DNA from: Mustelus asterias
Lineage: Eukaryota
DNA: 64,000 nucleotides
NCBI RefSeq assembly: GCF_964213995.1
Contig: NW_027590264.1
Coordinates: forward strand, 62,001 to 126,000
Direction of reading: 5' to 3'
Under the pieces are notes generated by a model. It saw only the letters and a program-made list of their open reading frames with translations. It was not told where the DNA came from and searched no databases. The position numbers were made by a program, and so were the translations under genes. Positions 49,367 to 61,716 of this stretch are shown here, piece by piece. Positions within the stretch are counted from its first letter, which is position 1; the number at the start of each line of letters is the position of its first letter.

Positions 49367-50880
49367 CACAGTGTAGCAAAGACCGTACAGGGCCGTACAA
49401 AAACCTGCGGCGATCACCCGGAACGTGTACAGCCTGTGGAGAGAGCTGGGACTTTAATCACTCTCTCCCTTGGATACGCACCACAGTCACCCGATCAGCG
49501 AGACCTGTCCCTGATTTGGGTTTACTGTTTAATATCAAAAGAGAAAGGACAAAATACATTTAAGTTCGATTATTTTCTGTGGAAATGTCATCCGGGGAGT
49601 ACGTGTTCCACGGTGCTTCCAGATTGAAATCATCGTGCTATTCGGTGAGTCAATATTCGAAGGATCCTTGTCTATTTTCCCTCTGGCGGTGTGAGTGAGG
49701 ATTCCCGCTGAGTAACAGAATCTCCATCGCTCTGATCTGGAACACACGGTTAAAAAACTGCAAATAATCAACTGAACTGAAATGTGACAATTAGTGGTTA
49801 GTATCACATACAAAAAGTTGGAGTACAGACCTTAGAAAAATAAACTTTCTACAAAATTGATCTGTCTGTTTTACATCCTCGAGAGCGTAATTCGCCTGAC
49901 TTCGTCTCAATCTCTCAGAATTTCCATCCATTTCTTTCTGCATCATCTCTTTGTTTAGCTTCCCTTGTGGGAGTGATGTACAGATTATAAACACACTTTG
50001 TGTATGGAGGCCTGTCCACGATGCCCTTTTGCATCTCTTTGAACCATTGCATGATACAGGACAAAGCAGTCCGCTTGATTGTTCACCATTCCGTCAACAT
50101 CAATTCCTGCCACCACCGACGAACAGTGGCAGCCGTGTGCAACACCTACTGAAGCACTGCAGCAACTCACTAAACTTTTTTTAGGCAGCACAATCCAAAA
50201 ACACGACCACTGCCATTTAGGAGGACAAGGGCAGCGGGCACATGGGAACATCACCACCTAGAGATTCCCTTCCAAGTTATTCCACATCCTTTCTTGGAAA
50301 TATATCGCTGTTCCTTCACCGTCACTGGGTCAAACCCTGGAACTCCCTCACTAACAGCACAGTGGGTGTACCTGCACCTCAGGGACCGCAGAGCTTCAGG
50401 AAGGCAGCTCACCACCACACAATACACTCGACTATCTTCGTGCTGTTGGGTGAGTTTCTGTGTCCCAGAGTTGTAATAATAGTCGTGTTGCTGGGTGAGT
50501 CTCTGTGGCGGCTATTCGACATCTCATTTGTTAAATACGACAGTAGATTTTTGTCTGTTCTGCATTTTGTGACAGATGTCCTTGGGCTTATTGGAGCTAA
50601 CAATTCAGAAAGAACAGCCTGCAAATTTTCTGCCATATTAACTCCACTTCTAAGTGCATCCTTGAGCTGGTAGCGAGATACTCATTGTTTCTGTTTACTG
50701 CATAAATCGCGGCATTGGGATTAGCATCGAGTTTTCCCAAACCGCTCCACTGCCGATCTCAATCAGGACAAAATACCCGGTAAATACACCGGACCGCATT
50801 CGCGCAGAAGGAAACATAGTGGAGCTGTAAATACTCGCTGAGGTTTTTGTACGGGGGTTTAGCTGGAATCTAACGCTGTG

Positions 50881-51369
50881 CCTCACTGCACAGTAATAGA
50901 CCGCCCCGTCCTCCACACTGAGGGCGCTGATATTGAGGTAACCGTTCTGCTTCGACCTGTCAGCAGCCGCCAGGTATCGTCCTGAAACTTCATCATCCTT
51001 CGTTGCTAATATTTTAGAAATAATCCATGTCGGTGGTTGTGCGGGTTTCTGCTGATACCATTGCATGCTGTACATACCCTTGTCTGTATAGTTACAATCC
51101 AACTGCACCGAACCCCCTTCTGATGCGGTTTTTGTCACCGGTGACTGAGTTACTGGATCTGCGCACAGTCCACCTGTGAAGATAGAGGAATTAAATGTCA
51201 AGAGTTAATGTAAATGTGTTTGTATCTGCGATAGTTTGAGGAACCTATTCTACGCATTACAGGGATATTTCAGATGGTTAATTAAGTTGCCATCAATATG
51301 TTTATCTGGTTTGATGAACGTTTTCCAGTACTTACTGTGCAAGAGCGCCGCCAGTATGAGCAGAAACAT
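50881..51369 (-). CDS. TRAV: TCR alpha/delta V gene, subgroup B copy 2 (leader 51336-51369, V exon 50881-51173)
   Basis: Intact; RSS CACAGCG (50874-50880), 23 bp, ACAAAAACC (50842-50850). Confidence 0.92.
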
Positions 51370-54264
51370 GTCTGAGTGAATCCCCCTCAGTGAATGGGAA
51401 TGGAATGAGTCAGAGACTGAGAAGGAGAGAACCCGGGCTTGGTTCAGCTGATTGCAGTGAGTGTGTGTGTGTGAGAGAGAGAGAGAGAGGGCGGTGGGGG
51501 TTGGGGAGCGGGGGGGGGGGGGGGGGGGGGAAGGAGTCCATCGTGACCTCACGAGCCTACCATCCACACAGGTTTAAGTTGTGACGCTGGGGTTTGAATT
51601 TGGCGCCGTCTTGTCGGCAAATGCTTTTTAATTACACGCTCAGATTTTGATGTTGAGTGGATTCAGGGTGTATAGAACATAGAACAGTGCAGCACAGTAC
51701 AGGCCCTTCGGCCCACGATGTTGTGCCGAGCTTTATCTGAAACCAAGATCAAGCTATCCCACTCCCTATCATCCTGGTGTGCTCCATGTGCCTATCCAAT
51801 AACCGCTTAAATGTTCCTCAAGTGTCTGTCTCCACTATCGCTGCAGGCAGTCCATTCCACACCCCAACCACTCTCTGAATAAAGAACCTCCTCGGACATC
51901 CTTCCTGTATCTCCACCATGAACCCTATAGTTATGCCCCCTTGTAATAGCTCCATCCACCCGAGGAAATAATCTTTGAACGTTCACTCTATCTATCCCCT
52001 TCATCATTTTATAAACCTCTATTACTAATCCCTCAAACCTTGAACCAGTTATGCAATTTACTTCGTCACTGTCAATGTCAGCGATAAACAAGATCAATAA
52101 TTTAACAGTGATGCAACTGTCGGAATTCACCCACAAACATAGCGCCAGCCATTTGTACGGATGCAGTGATATCCAAGTGAGAATTCATCAACACCAGTAA
52201 TGCCAAATGGACAATTTTTGCAACCCACAACCTAAAAATAATACTCCCACGGCAGTATTTCCAATAACACCAAGAGTGCACTTTACATGTGAGAGTGTAG
52301 AGATAAATGGAAGACACTGTTGGAGGGAGGAAAAAATTCGGGAAGTAATGCCAAAAAGTGAAACATGAAACTCTAAAAGAGTGGAAGTTACATCAGTAAA
52401 TCATTAGAATTCATATAGGTCAATGAGCAAATGTATCACTTATACCGTAAAAAGAATATTCCTATTATTAGCCTGCATTACATTACGAGAGGGTCATTAA
52501 TGAGATAAAGCGAACTAACAGACCTTACCTGGAATCCCGATAGCTGCAAGGACGGGATAGTAAATGGCAAACAGCAGACCTTTTGGTGCTATATGCATTT
52601 CAATCAGAAAATCTACGTGCTTTCTGCATTACACTGGAGTGTGGTAAGATTTATATTTCATGTGAAGCTCCAGGGAAACAATTAGTTGCTTTGATTTTTC
52701 TAACATTAATTGTATTGATTGCAAAAAATAAAATTTGCGCAGCTGCTGCCCAGCTAATGTTTATATTTTCATGCAATATAATATATTCTGCTGAGACCTC
52801 ACAAAGTTTTAAAGTGTAATACCTTCGTTTGCCCGCATTATACCAAATAAATGTATTTATGAAACTGTAACCCGCAGCAGTAAACACACAAACATGGTGA
52901 GGCAGCTCCATCTAGTGGCTATCTAAGGCTAATTCCTGGAAATTCACCGAATTCTCAAGTTCCTGAAAGATGTTGTTACATGATTTTGCCGCATTATTCT
53001 TGCACATATTGTTATTATTGCTATTATTGTTATTATTAGGTTGATTGGCCATGCTAAAAATTGCCCTTAGTGTCCTGAGATGCGTAGGTTAGAGGGATTA
53101 GTGGGTAAATATGTAGGGATATGGGGGTAGGGCCTGGGTGGGATTGTGGTCGGTGCAGACTCGATGGGCCGAATGGCCTCTTTCTGTACTGTAGGGTTTC
53201 TATGATTTCTATGAATGCAGTGAACATGAGAGAAAATTCCACTTTTATTTTAAACCCTGCCGATTTATTGTAATGACTCAGCCATTCTGGACCAAGAAGC
53301 TCGTTTTAGCAATATGAATCCGCCAAGATCCCAATGAAATCACGACTTTAAAATACCAACACATACAAATTATGTAAATAGACCCCCTGTTCACACATTC
53401 GTTCGAGATTAAATGGTACTGTTTCAATTTTAGTTACTTTGGTTGGCAGCAAACGAGGAAACTAATGTCGGAATTAATATTAAATAGTAAACGTAACAAA
53501 AGTAAAACAATGAAAAAGGCATAAGCAGCAGGAATTATAAAATCAAAGCAATAACATCCGTAATAATCGGGCATAGTAATATTTTAGTAACATCATACCG
53601 CAATATTCGAGAATATTTGTGTTTACACAGATCATTCCACCAGGTGGCTCTCCAAGAATTTATGTTTAACCGAAACTACATAAAACTACAGTTCACCGCT
53701 CTCACAGGTGACAGCTGTAAATTACAGGAAATAATGTTGCGAAGTGACATTTCACTGTGAACAGTGGTATATTTAGGACAAGCACCTGTGATGAATTGTC
53801 AATGTTATGGCAGAAGAGACTTAGAGAGTGAACTTTGTAAACCATTGCATTTCATGGCGAACGGTCACAGGGTAGTCTGTAGGAAAATATCAGTGCAATG
53901 TTTCTAATTAATAGCGTTAACCTTGTCTCGTGTCGTCCGCAAACTTACTGATCACCCCAGTTACACCTTCTTCTAGATCGTTTATATAAATCACAAACAG
54001 CAGAGGTCCCAATACAGAGCCCTATATGAATAAAATAAACACGCATTATGACACTGAATACCAGCAACCTGAAACCATTAATCGCAGACGTTATGCAAAT
54101 AAGCAACAGTTCCAAACGGGAGAAGAAAGGATAAGAAGAGAGCAGTAATAATAAACCAGCATTAATAATCATTCTATAAAATATCATGTCGCAATATTTG
54201 CATAGAAAGGAAGAGGCTTTCGACTGGATTCCACTGGATGGCGCTCCAGGACTTTAGATGTGGC

Positions 54265-54556
54265 CAAAAATATACGGCACTGTCGGTCATCAGCGTGTTG
54301 CCGATTGTTCGCTCGGTAATCTTGGTAGTTTTATTTAATGCAGCTAAAAAGCGGTCGTTGATGTCGGTGTGTCTGTACAGTTTACCTCCCAGAATACGAA
54401 GCATGTACTGTGGAGGCTGCCCGGGACTCTGACTGTACCAGTAGACATTAGGATTGGGCTCGCTTGTCCTCAAGTTGCAGGTTATTGTGACATTACTTTC
54501 CCCTTCAACTGTTATTTCAGCAGCTGACTGCTCCACTGTGTCTTGGTGACTCCGTT
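54265..54556 (-). pseudogene. Subgroup G-like V pseudogene truncated at Cys104; no RSS or leader
   Basis: HQDTVEQ..TCNL..WYSQ..DSAVYF then unrelated sequence; a minisatellite occupies the intron/leader position. Confidence 0.85.
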
Positions 54557-54664
54557 CTGACATAAAATAGTATTAAAAATAAAAACAATCAGATCAGTCG
54601 TTTATTTCGAAACAACATCGTCATTTAAACGATCAGTATTATTTGTCAGCAATAATATCTGGCT

Positions 54665-55279
54665 TTACAGCTCTGTAACATATCACTGTGTAATCTAACA
54701 ATTAATCCAGTTCCCCTGGATTACTGCTCTGTAACATATCACTGTGTAATCTAACAATTAATCCAGTTCCCCTGGATTACTGCTCTGTGACATATCACTG
54801 TGTAATCTAACAATTAATCCAGTTCCCCTGGATTACTGCTCTGTAACATATCACTGTGTAATCTAACAATTAATCCAGTTCCCCTGGATTACTGCTCTGT
54901 GACATATCACTGTGTAATCTAACAATTAATCCAGTTCCCCTGGATTACTACTCTGTAACATATCACTGTATAATCTAACAATTAATCCAGTTCTCCTGGA
55001 TTACTGCTCTGTAACATATCACTGTGTAATCTAACAATTAATCCAGTTCCCCTGGATTACTGCTCTGTAACATATCACTGTGTAATCTAACAATTAATCC
55101 AGTTCCCCTGGATTACTGCTCTGTAACATATCACTGTGTAATCTAACAATTATTCCAGTTCCCCTGGATTACTGCTCTGTAACATATCACTGTGTAATCC
55201 AACAATTAACCCAGTTCCCCTGGATTACTGCCCTGTAACATATCACTGTGTAATCTAACAATTAACCCAGTTCTCCTGG
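54665..55279. repeat. 56-bp minisatellite, about 11 copies
   Basis: Unit CTGTAACATATCACTGTGTAATCTAACAATTAATCCAGTTCCCCTGGATTACTGCT (starts at 54673, 54729, and so on). Confidence 0.95.
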
Positions 55280-56423
55280 TTTATGTTTCCCTGTATCAAT
55301 GTGTAATGGAACCCACTCCTGATACCGTGATCACACAAACACGGTGAGGGCGCTCCCTCTGGTGGTGATCTGAGGTAAATGGCCTCTGCTTGGGAGATCA
55401 GTGAATTCTCAGACTACTCAGTTCCTCTGCAGCCCAGATGAGATATCCTGGACCCGAGAACCAGGCAGGCAACAGAACCTTTGGTATTCTCGATCTTGGT
55501 CACAAAGAACAGTGTCAATGCCCCTAACTACACTATCCCCAATTACCACTACATTTCTTTTCTCTTCTTCCACCTGAACGGCTCCCTGTACCACGGTGCC
55601 GGGGGCAGTTTGCTCATCCTCCTTGCAGTCCCCGTTCCCGTCCACACTGGGAGCAAGAATCTCAAACCTGTTGTACAGATTCAGGGACTGAGGCTCTTGC
55701 AACTCTACCTTCTGGGTCCCACTTCCTGCCTCGCTCGCAGCCACACCCTCTTGTCCCTGACCCCCGGCTGAATTAGTTAGTCTAAGGGGTGTGACTGCCT
55801 CCTGAAACACCGTGTCCAGGTAACTCTCCCCCTCCCTGATATGTCGCAGTGTCTGAAGCTCAGACTCCAGCACATCAACCCTGAGCCGGAGTTCCTCAAG
55901 CAACCAACTCTTACTGCAGACATGCTCACTGGGAACCACAGTGGGGTCCACCAGCTCCCACATCATGCAGAAACAACACATTATTTCCCAAGAGAAGGTA
56001 AAGTTTTGCCCCCTCTCGTCGGGAATGAGAAATTCCTCCTGAATACACTCAACAAATTTCGCTCCATCCAACCCTCTAATACGATGGCTGCCCCAGCCAA
56101 CCTCTCACACAGTTTCACCTCAAATGCCCAAAGCGAGAATCCTGCCCCTAGACCAACGAGCCTACGCAACCGGCGCTTTCACCGAAATATAACTGGTTTG
56201 CTTGTATCCAAAGCAGCTCAGAAATCCTTGGTAAAAGCCCGAAATTGTTGAACAAACGCAGCACGTTCGTATTTTGCTAACTCGACTGTTTGGAACTGGG
56301 CGCTGTCGTGTATAAAATACAGATGTTACCCGCTACACTACACAAAGAATGTCGAGCGCCAAACTGAATGAACGTGAATATTTTCTTATGAGTCCACCTC
56401 CTCCAAAGACAACCTTTTCCCAG

Positions 56424-56590
56424 ATATGGGTCACTGAGATTCTGTCACTCAGCCGCTGTCCTCAGCAGTAAAGTAAGAAGTCTCACAACACCAGGTTAAA
56501 GTAAGAAGTCTCACAACGCCGGCATCTCCACATCATCTCAGCAGTAAAGACAGAAGGAGAAGCGGTGACTTTACAATGTATCTATAATAT
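56424..56590 (+). pseudogene. Duplicate truncated V pseudogene with 64-bp insert (56473-56536)
   Basis: TSD CTCAGCAGTAAA at 56461-56472 and 56537-56548; in-frame TGA. Confidence 0.8.
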
Positions 56591-57560
56591 TAAATGTTAC
56601 TCTCTGAAAAGGGGAAAAATCCAAACATATCAACTGAGTCGCCTTTGTACCTTCTTGTTTGTAAGGAAAATAAACCAAATTAATCTGTTGATCCCTGGCA
56701 TTATTCTGATTTATAACCATAAGCCTTTAAGACGATAAGATATAGGAATAGCATTAGACCATTCGACCCATCGAGTCTGCTCCGCCATTCAATTGTGGCT
56801 GCTAAGTTTCACATCCCCATTCTCCTGCCTTTTCCCGGAAACTTTGATCCCCTTACAAATCAAAAACATATCTACTCAATGACCTGACCTCCACATCCTT
56901 CTGTGGCAATGAATTCCATCGATTCACCACCCACTGGCTGAAGAAATTCCTCCTCATCTCTACTTTAAAGAATCGTCCCTTTACTCTGAGGCTGTGCCCT
57001 TGGATCCTCGTCTCTCTTACATGGAAATATCTTCCCCAGCACCGCGCACTTCTCCCAAAGTCTTGGTATGCTCTGGACGTCGGTGTACCCGGGATTTGAA
57101 CAGAGAATTCCAGGAATGATGCCCGCACCATTTTACGATGTAAGTAGGAAACGTAACACAGACTTTCTACAGAGCACCAATTCGGAATTCTGGGCAGTAT
57201 TTGTGCCTTGGTATGTGTTGGAGTGAACCCTGAATCGACTCAGCAGCCAAATGCGAACTTGCATTAAACAACATTTGTCAGCAGAGGGCGCCAATCTCGA
57301 GCCCGGTTTTGGAGTGGGGAGGGATGTCGGGGGAGGGGCGGTGCTACAATCTCACGTGACATTATCACTGGAGCCTGTATGGATGGTAGGCTGCTGAGGT
57401 CACAATAGACTCCACTTCCCCTCCCCACACTCACACCCACACAGACAAACTGACTCACACTCACTCACACTGCAATCAACGGAGCAGAGTCTGGGTTCCC
57501 GCTCTCTTTCTCACTCTCTGACTCCTCCATTCTCATTCACTGGAATAAATCCACTCGGAC

Positions 57561-58048
57561 ATGTTTCTGATCATTCTGCTGGCGCTCTTGCACAGTAAGT
57601 ACCGGACATCGTTCATCAAACCACGGAAACATATTTATACACAAAGATGCCAATTTAATTAACCATCAAAAATATCCATGTGAGGTGTAGATGGGAGGTT
57701 CCACAAACTATAAATTTACATGAACTCTTGATATTTAATTCCTCTACCTTTACAGGTGGACTGTGCGCAGATCCAGTAACTCAGTCACCGGTGACAATAA
57801 CAGCATCAGAAGGGGATTCGGTGCAGTTGGATTGTAACTATACAGACAAGGGTATGAGCTACATGCAATGGTATCAGCAGAAACCGGCACAGCCACTGAG
57901 AGGGATTATTACCAAAACATTAGTAGTGAAGGAAAATAAAGTTTCAGGACGATATCTGGCGGCTGCTGACAAGTCGACACAGAGCGGCTCCCTCAATATA
58001 AGCGCCCTCAGTTTGGAGGACGGGGCGGTCTATTACTGTGCAATGAGG
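57561..58048 (+). CDS. TRAV: TCR alpha/delta V gene, subgroup B copy 3 (leader 57561-57594, V exon 57756-58048)
   Basis: Intact; RSS CACAGTG (58049-58055), 23 bp, ACAAAAACC (58079-58087). Confidence 0.93.
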
Positions 58049-61000
58049 CACAGTGTTGGGTTACAGCGAAAACCCTGTACAAAAACCTCAGCGAGTATTT
58101 ACAGCTCCATGAAGATGTTTTGATCACGAGTTCACGAAGGCGGCGATTCTATTTACCAGACAATTTGACCTTGTTCAAATCATCATAGAAGCACTTTGGT
58201 AAATCTCGAGACTAAACCCCATGCCGCGATTTATATAGTAAGCAGATACCAGGAGTATCCAGCTATCAGCTGAAGGATGCGCTCAGAAGTGGAGGCAATA
58301 GAGCAGAAAATTACCGGCTGTTCATCCAGAATTGTTAACTCAGCTGAGCCCACGGACACCGACTCCTCGGCATTCGTTCCTATAACTAAACTCAGAATAG
58401 ATCAAAGTCTGCTGAAGTTCATAACAAATGAGATGTAGAATAACCTCCACACAGACTCACTTAGCAACACGACTATTGTTATAAATCCGGGACACAGAGA
58501 CTCACCTCGCAGCACGAAGATAGTCTATTCCCGCAGCTGACATTGGTGTATTGTGTGGTGGTGAACTGCCTTCTTGTGGTACCTGAGGTGCAGGTACACA
58601 CACTGTGCTGTTAGTGAGGGAGTTCCAGTGATTTGACCCAGTGACCGTGAAGGAACATCGATATATTTCCATGTAGGGATGTAGAATAACTTGGAAGGGA
58701 ACCTCGAGGTTGTGGTGTTCCCATGTGCCCGCTGCCCTTCTTCTCCTAGATGGCAGTGCTCGTGTGTTTGGATTGTGCTGCCGAAAAAAAAAACCTTGGT
58801 GAGTTGCTGCAGTGTATCCTGCAGATGGTGCACACGGCTGTCACTGTTCGTCTGTGGTGGCAGGAATGAATGTTCATGGAATGGGGAGCAATCAAGCGGG
58901 CTGATTTGTCCTGTATCGTGTCGAGCCTCTCGAGTGTGGTTGCAGCTACACTCATCCAAGCAAGTAGAGGGTATTCCATCTCACTCCTGACTTGTACCTT
59001 GTAGATGGTGGACAGGCTTTGGGGAGTCAGGAGGTGAGTTACTCGCCGCAGGATTCCTAACCTTTGATCAGCTCTGGTAGCCACTGTATTTATATTCCTG
59101 GGTCCAGTTCAGTTTTCTGTCAACTCCCAGGATGTTGATGGGGTGGTGGTTTAATGTCTATTAAGTCCCATCTTATGTGTACCCATATACAGATGGGTAC
59201 ACATAAGATGGTTGCCTGGCACACAAACAGTCACCTGGGAAAGAGACATTAAAGTCCAATCGGTTCTCTAGTGTCGTCCCTCTATTCTGGGGTTGTGTGC
59301 CGTGTGCTAGATTCTCCTACTAATGGAAATATCTTCTCCACAGCCACTCTGTCCAGGATTTTCAGTCTGCTGTATTTTTCAATGAGATTCCCCCCTCATC
59401 TCTCTAAACTCCATCGAATGCAGATCCAAAGTCCTCAGCTGTCTGCGGTTTTATTTGATCGGCCTCACACGCTCAGATTGAATGTTATTTATTTTTTGTG
59501 ACGGTTTCTCAAGAACACTAATCTCATTGTGCGTGACCTGGTGACGCTGAACTCTTTATCCTCCGCGGTAGATTTCAGGGGGTTGCGATTGTAAATAAAA
59601 CAATACGCGATTTGTACAACAGTGGATTTAGATGTTGATCCCGTGAGGGGAATAAAAGCAGCAACACAGAAATCTTCAAGCTAAGGAATGAAGATAAACA
59701 AAGAACAAAGAACACAGAACAGTACAGCACAGGAAACAGGCCCTTCGGCCCTCCAAGCCTGTGCCGCTCATTGGTCCAACTAGACGAATGGAAAGACAGT
59801 GGGTGAATTCGAGGCCGAGACCGTGATAGAAGTCAAGGCACAGATTAGGAGGGACAGATGGAGTTACAGGGATATAAACACGAGGAAAGGGAATGAGAGA
59901 AATGTGGGAGAGGCAAGGAGATAAATAGAGGGACAGACAGTAAGATAAATGAGGGAGAGACGGAGACAGGAAGGGAAATAGATGAAGGTTCGGTGAAGGA
60001 ACTGTGAAGGGAGCAGTTGCAGATTTATGGAGACAGTACAGACGAAAACATAAAGAGAGACAGACGAACAGAGAACAAGAGAAACAGAGAGATAGTCAGT
60101 GAGAGAAACAAAAGGGTACAATGAGAAATTCAATGGCCTAAACACACTCAGGAATTTCAGAAAGGGAAACACAATTAACATAGCATAATATAACGTAGTA
60201 CGTGATAGCGACAGGGTTATTTCCGAGAGCCTCTGGACGCCTTGGGAAACCAGACCAGCAGCAATACCGCCGAGTTATGCTCCCCGTACCCGCTGCAGTA
60301 AACACACAAACATGGTGAGGCACCGCCATCTGGCGGCAATCTGAGGTAACTGGTCATTTCCTGCAAAATCATCGAATTCTCAAATAACAAAAGGGCTGCA
60401 TGATTATGTTGCATTATTCTTGTTCATCCTTTTACTATCCCAATGCAATTGAACGCAGTTGAGCCTATACATGAGGGATAATCCCACCGTTACTTTAATT
60501 GCTGGCGTTTCGCTTTATTCAGTTCATACTGGTTATAAAAGCTCATTCTAAACAATATGAAGCCATCAAGATTGCGATAAGATGCCTTCTCTAAAATAAT
60601 AACACAAGATGCAAACATGACCCTGGGTTCACATTCATTTCCTATATTCTTTAGTATTTACATTTAAATCTTTCCATCATAATGCTACCCCTTAAGTGCT
60701 GGTTATTAACTTTATCTACATTTGGTGCTCGAATAGAATGAGTAATTTAGTGGGCTCATTGAAATGGGAGAGTGGGAGAAATCGGATTCTCTGAACTCTA
60801 GGGAGAAGCGCAGAAAGATAAGAATGTAGAGCCAGTGCGAAGACAGAGACGGTCAGAAGCAGAGCAATGGGGGTGAGACAAACAGAGGCGGAATGACAGA
60901 GCGAGATAGACAGGCTCCAAACGAAGAGAGAGCAGGAGAATCTGAGAAAGACAGGGAGAAAGAGAAACTCAGAACTTATTAGTCGAGCGAACGCTGATTG

Positions 61001-61175
61001 ATGCCCGACGATCATCAATCCTGAGAAAGCGGCCAATCCTGTCGCTGGGAAACGCCCCATAATTTCTGAGTAAATTACGTTTCCGCTGATATGAATTTCC
61101 GCTTGAATATCAGAACAGAAATGTCAACACATTTCAAATACTGCTTCATTTCTGCCGAACCCGAAACCAGACACC

Positions 61176-61716
61176 ATGTGCTCCTTATTTTGTTTGCTGA
61201 TAATAATGGTCTTGCTGCCCGGTGAGTCAATAAACTCTGACAAAGTGTCATCCTGACTTGAAACATTATCTCTGTTCGCCTCTCACAGATGTTGTCAGAT
61301 CTACTGAAAATTTCCAGCGTTTTCTTTTTGAGCCAATGTTTAAAGGATCTGTGTTTGTTCCATGGGTTATCTTCGCTCCGAGATATTGAATAACTTCTGT
61401 GTTTTGTTACAGGGGCAAATGCTGAAGATTCAGTGTTTCAAGATCGATCTGAATTATCGGTTCTGGAAGGACAGAACATAACACTGGACTGTAAATACTC
61501 GACAGCTGCTCTTCAAGCAATGTTCTGGTACATCCACTATCCCGGGCAAGCTCTGAGATATTTGATGAAGATATATAGCACAGGCAATACTGATAAGTCC
61601 CCGGATTTCCCAGATAGGTTCTCGGCTAATTTACACAAAGGAAACAGCACTGCTCCTTTAAATATCACTGGAACTCTTCTCTCCGACAGCGCCGTGTATT
61701 TCTGTGCCATGGAGCC
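61176..61716 (+). CDS. TRAV: TCR alpha/delta V gene, subgroup A copy 5 (leader 61176-61221, V exon 61413-61716)
   Basis: Intact; RSS CACACTG (61717-61723), 23 bp, ACAAAAACC (61747-61755). Confidence 0.93.

Larger units (their letters stand above)
55421..60060. repeat. Right arm of inverted duplication of ~2055-6692
   Basis: Reverse-complement identity across the LINE ORF1, V pseudogene, V gene and LINE fragments. Confidence 0.9.

Noticed and set aside
51127-51135. Perfect nonamer inside V FR1
   Set aside because: No CAC heptamer 12 or 23 bp upstream; it is a by-product of the codons for TKT.
54665-55279. CRISPR-like array
   Set aside because: Head-to-tail identical 56-bp units without unique spacers, vertebrate context, no cas genes.
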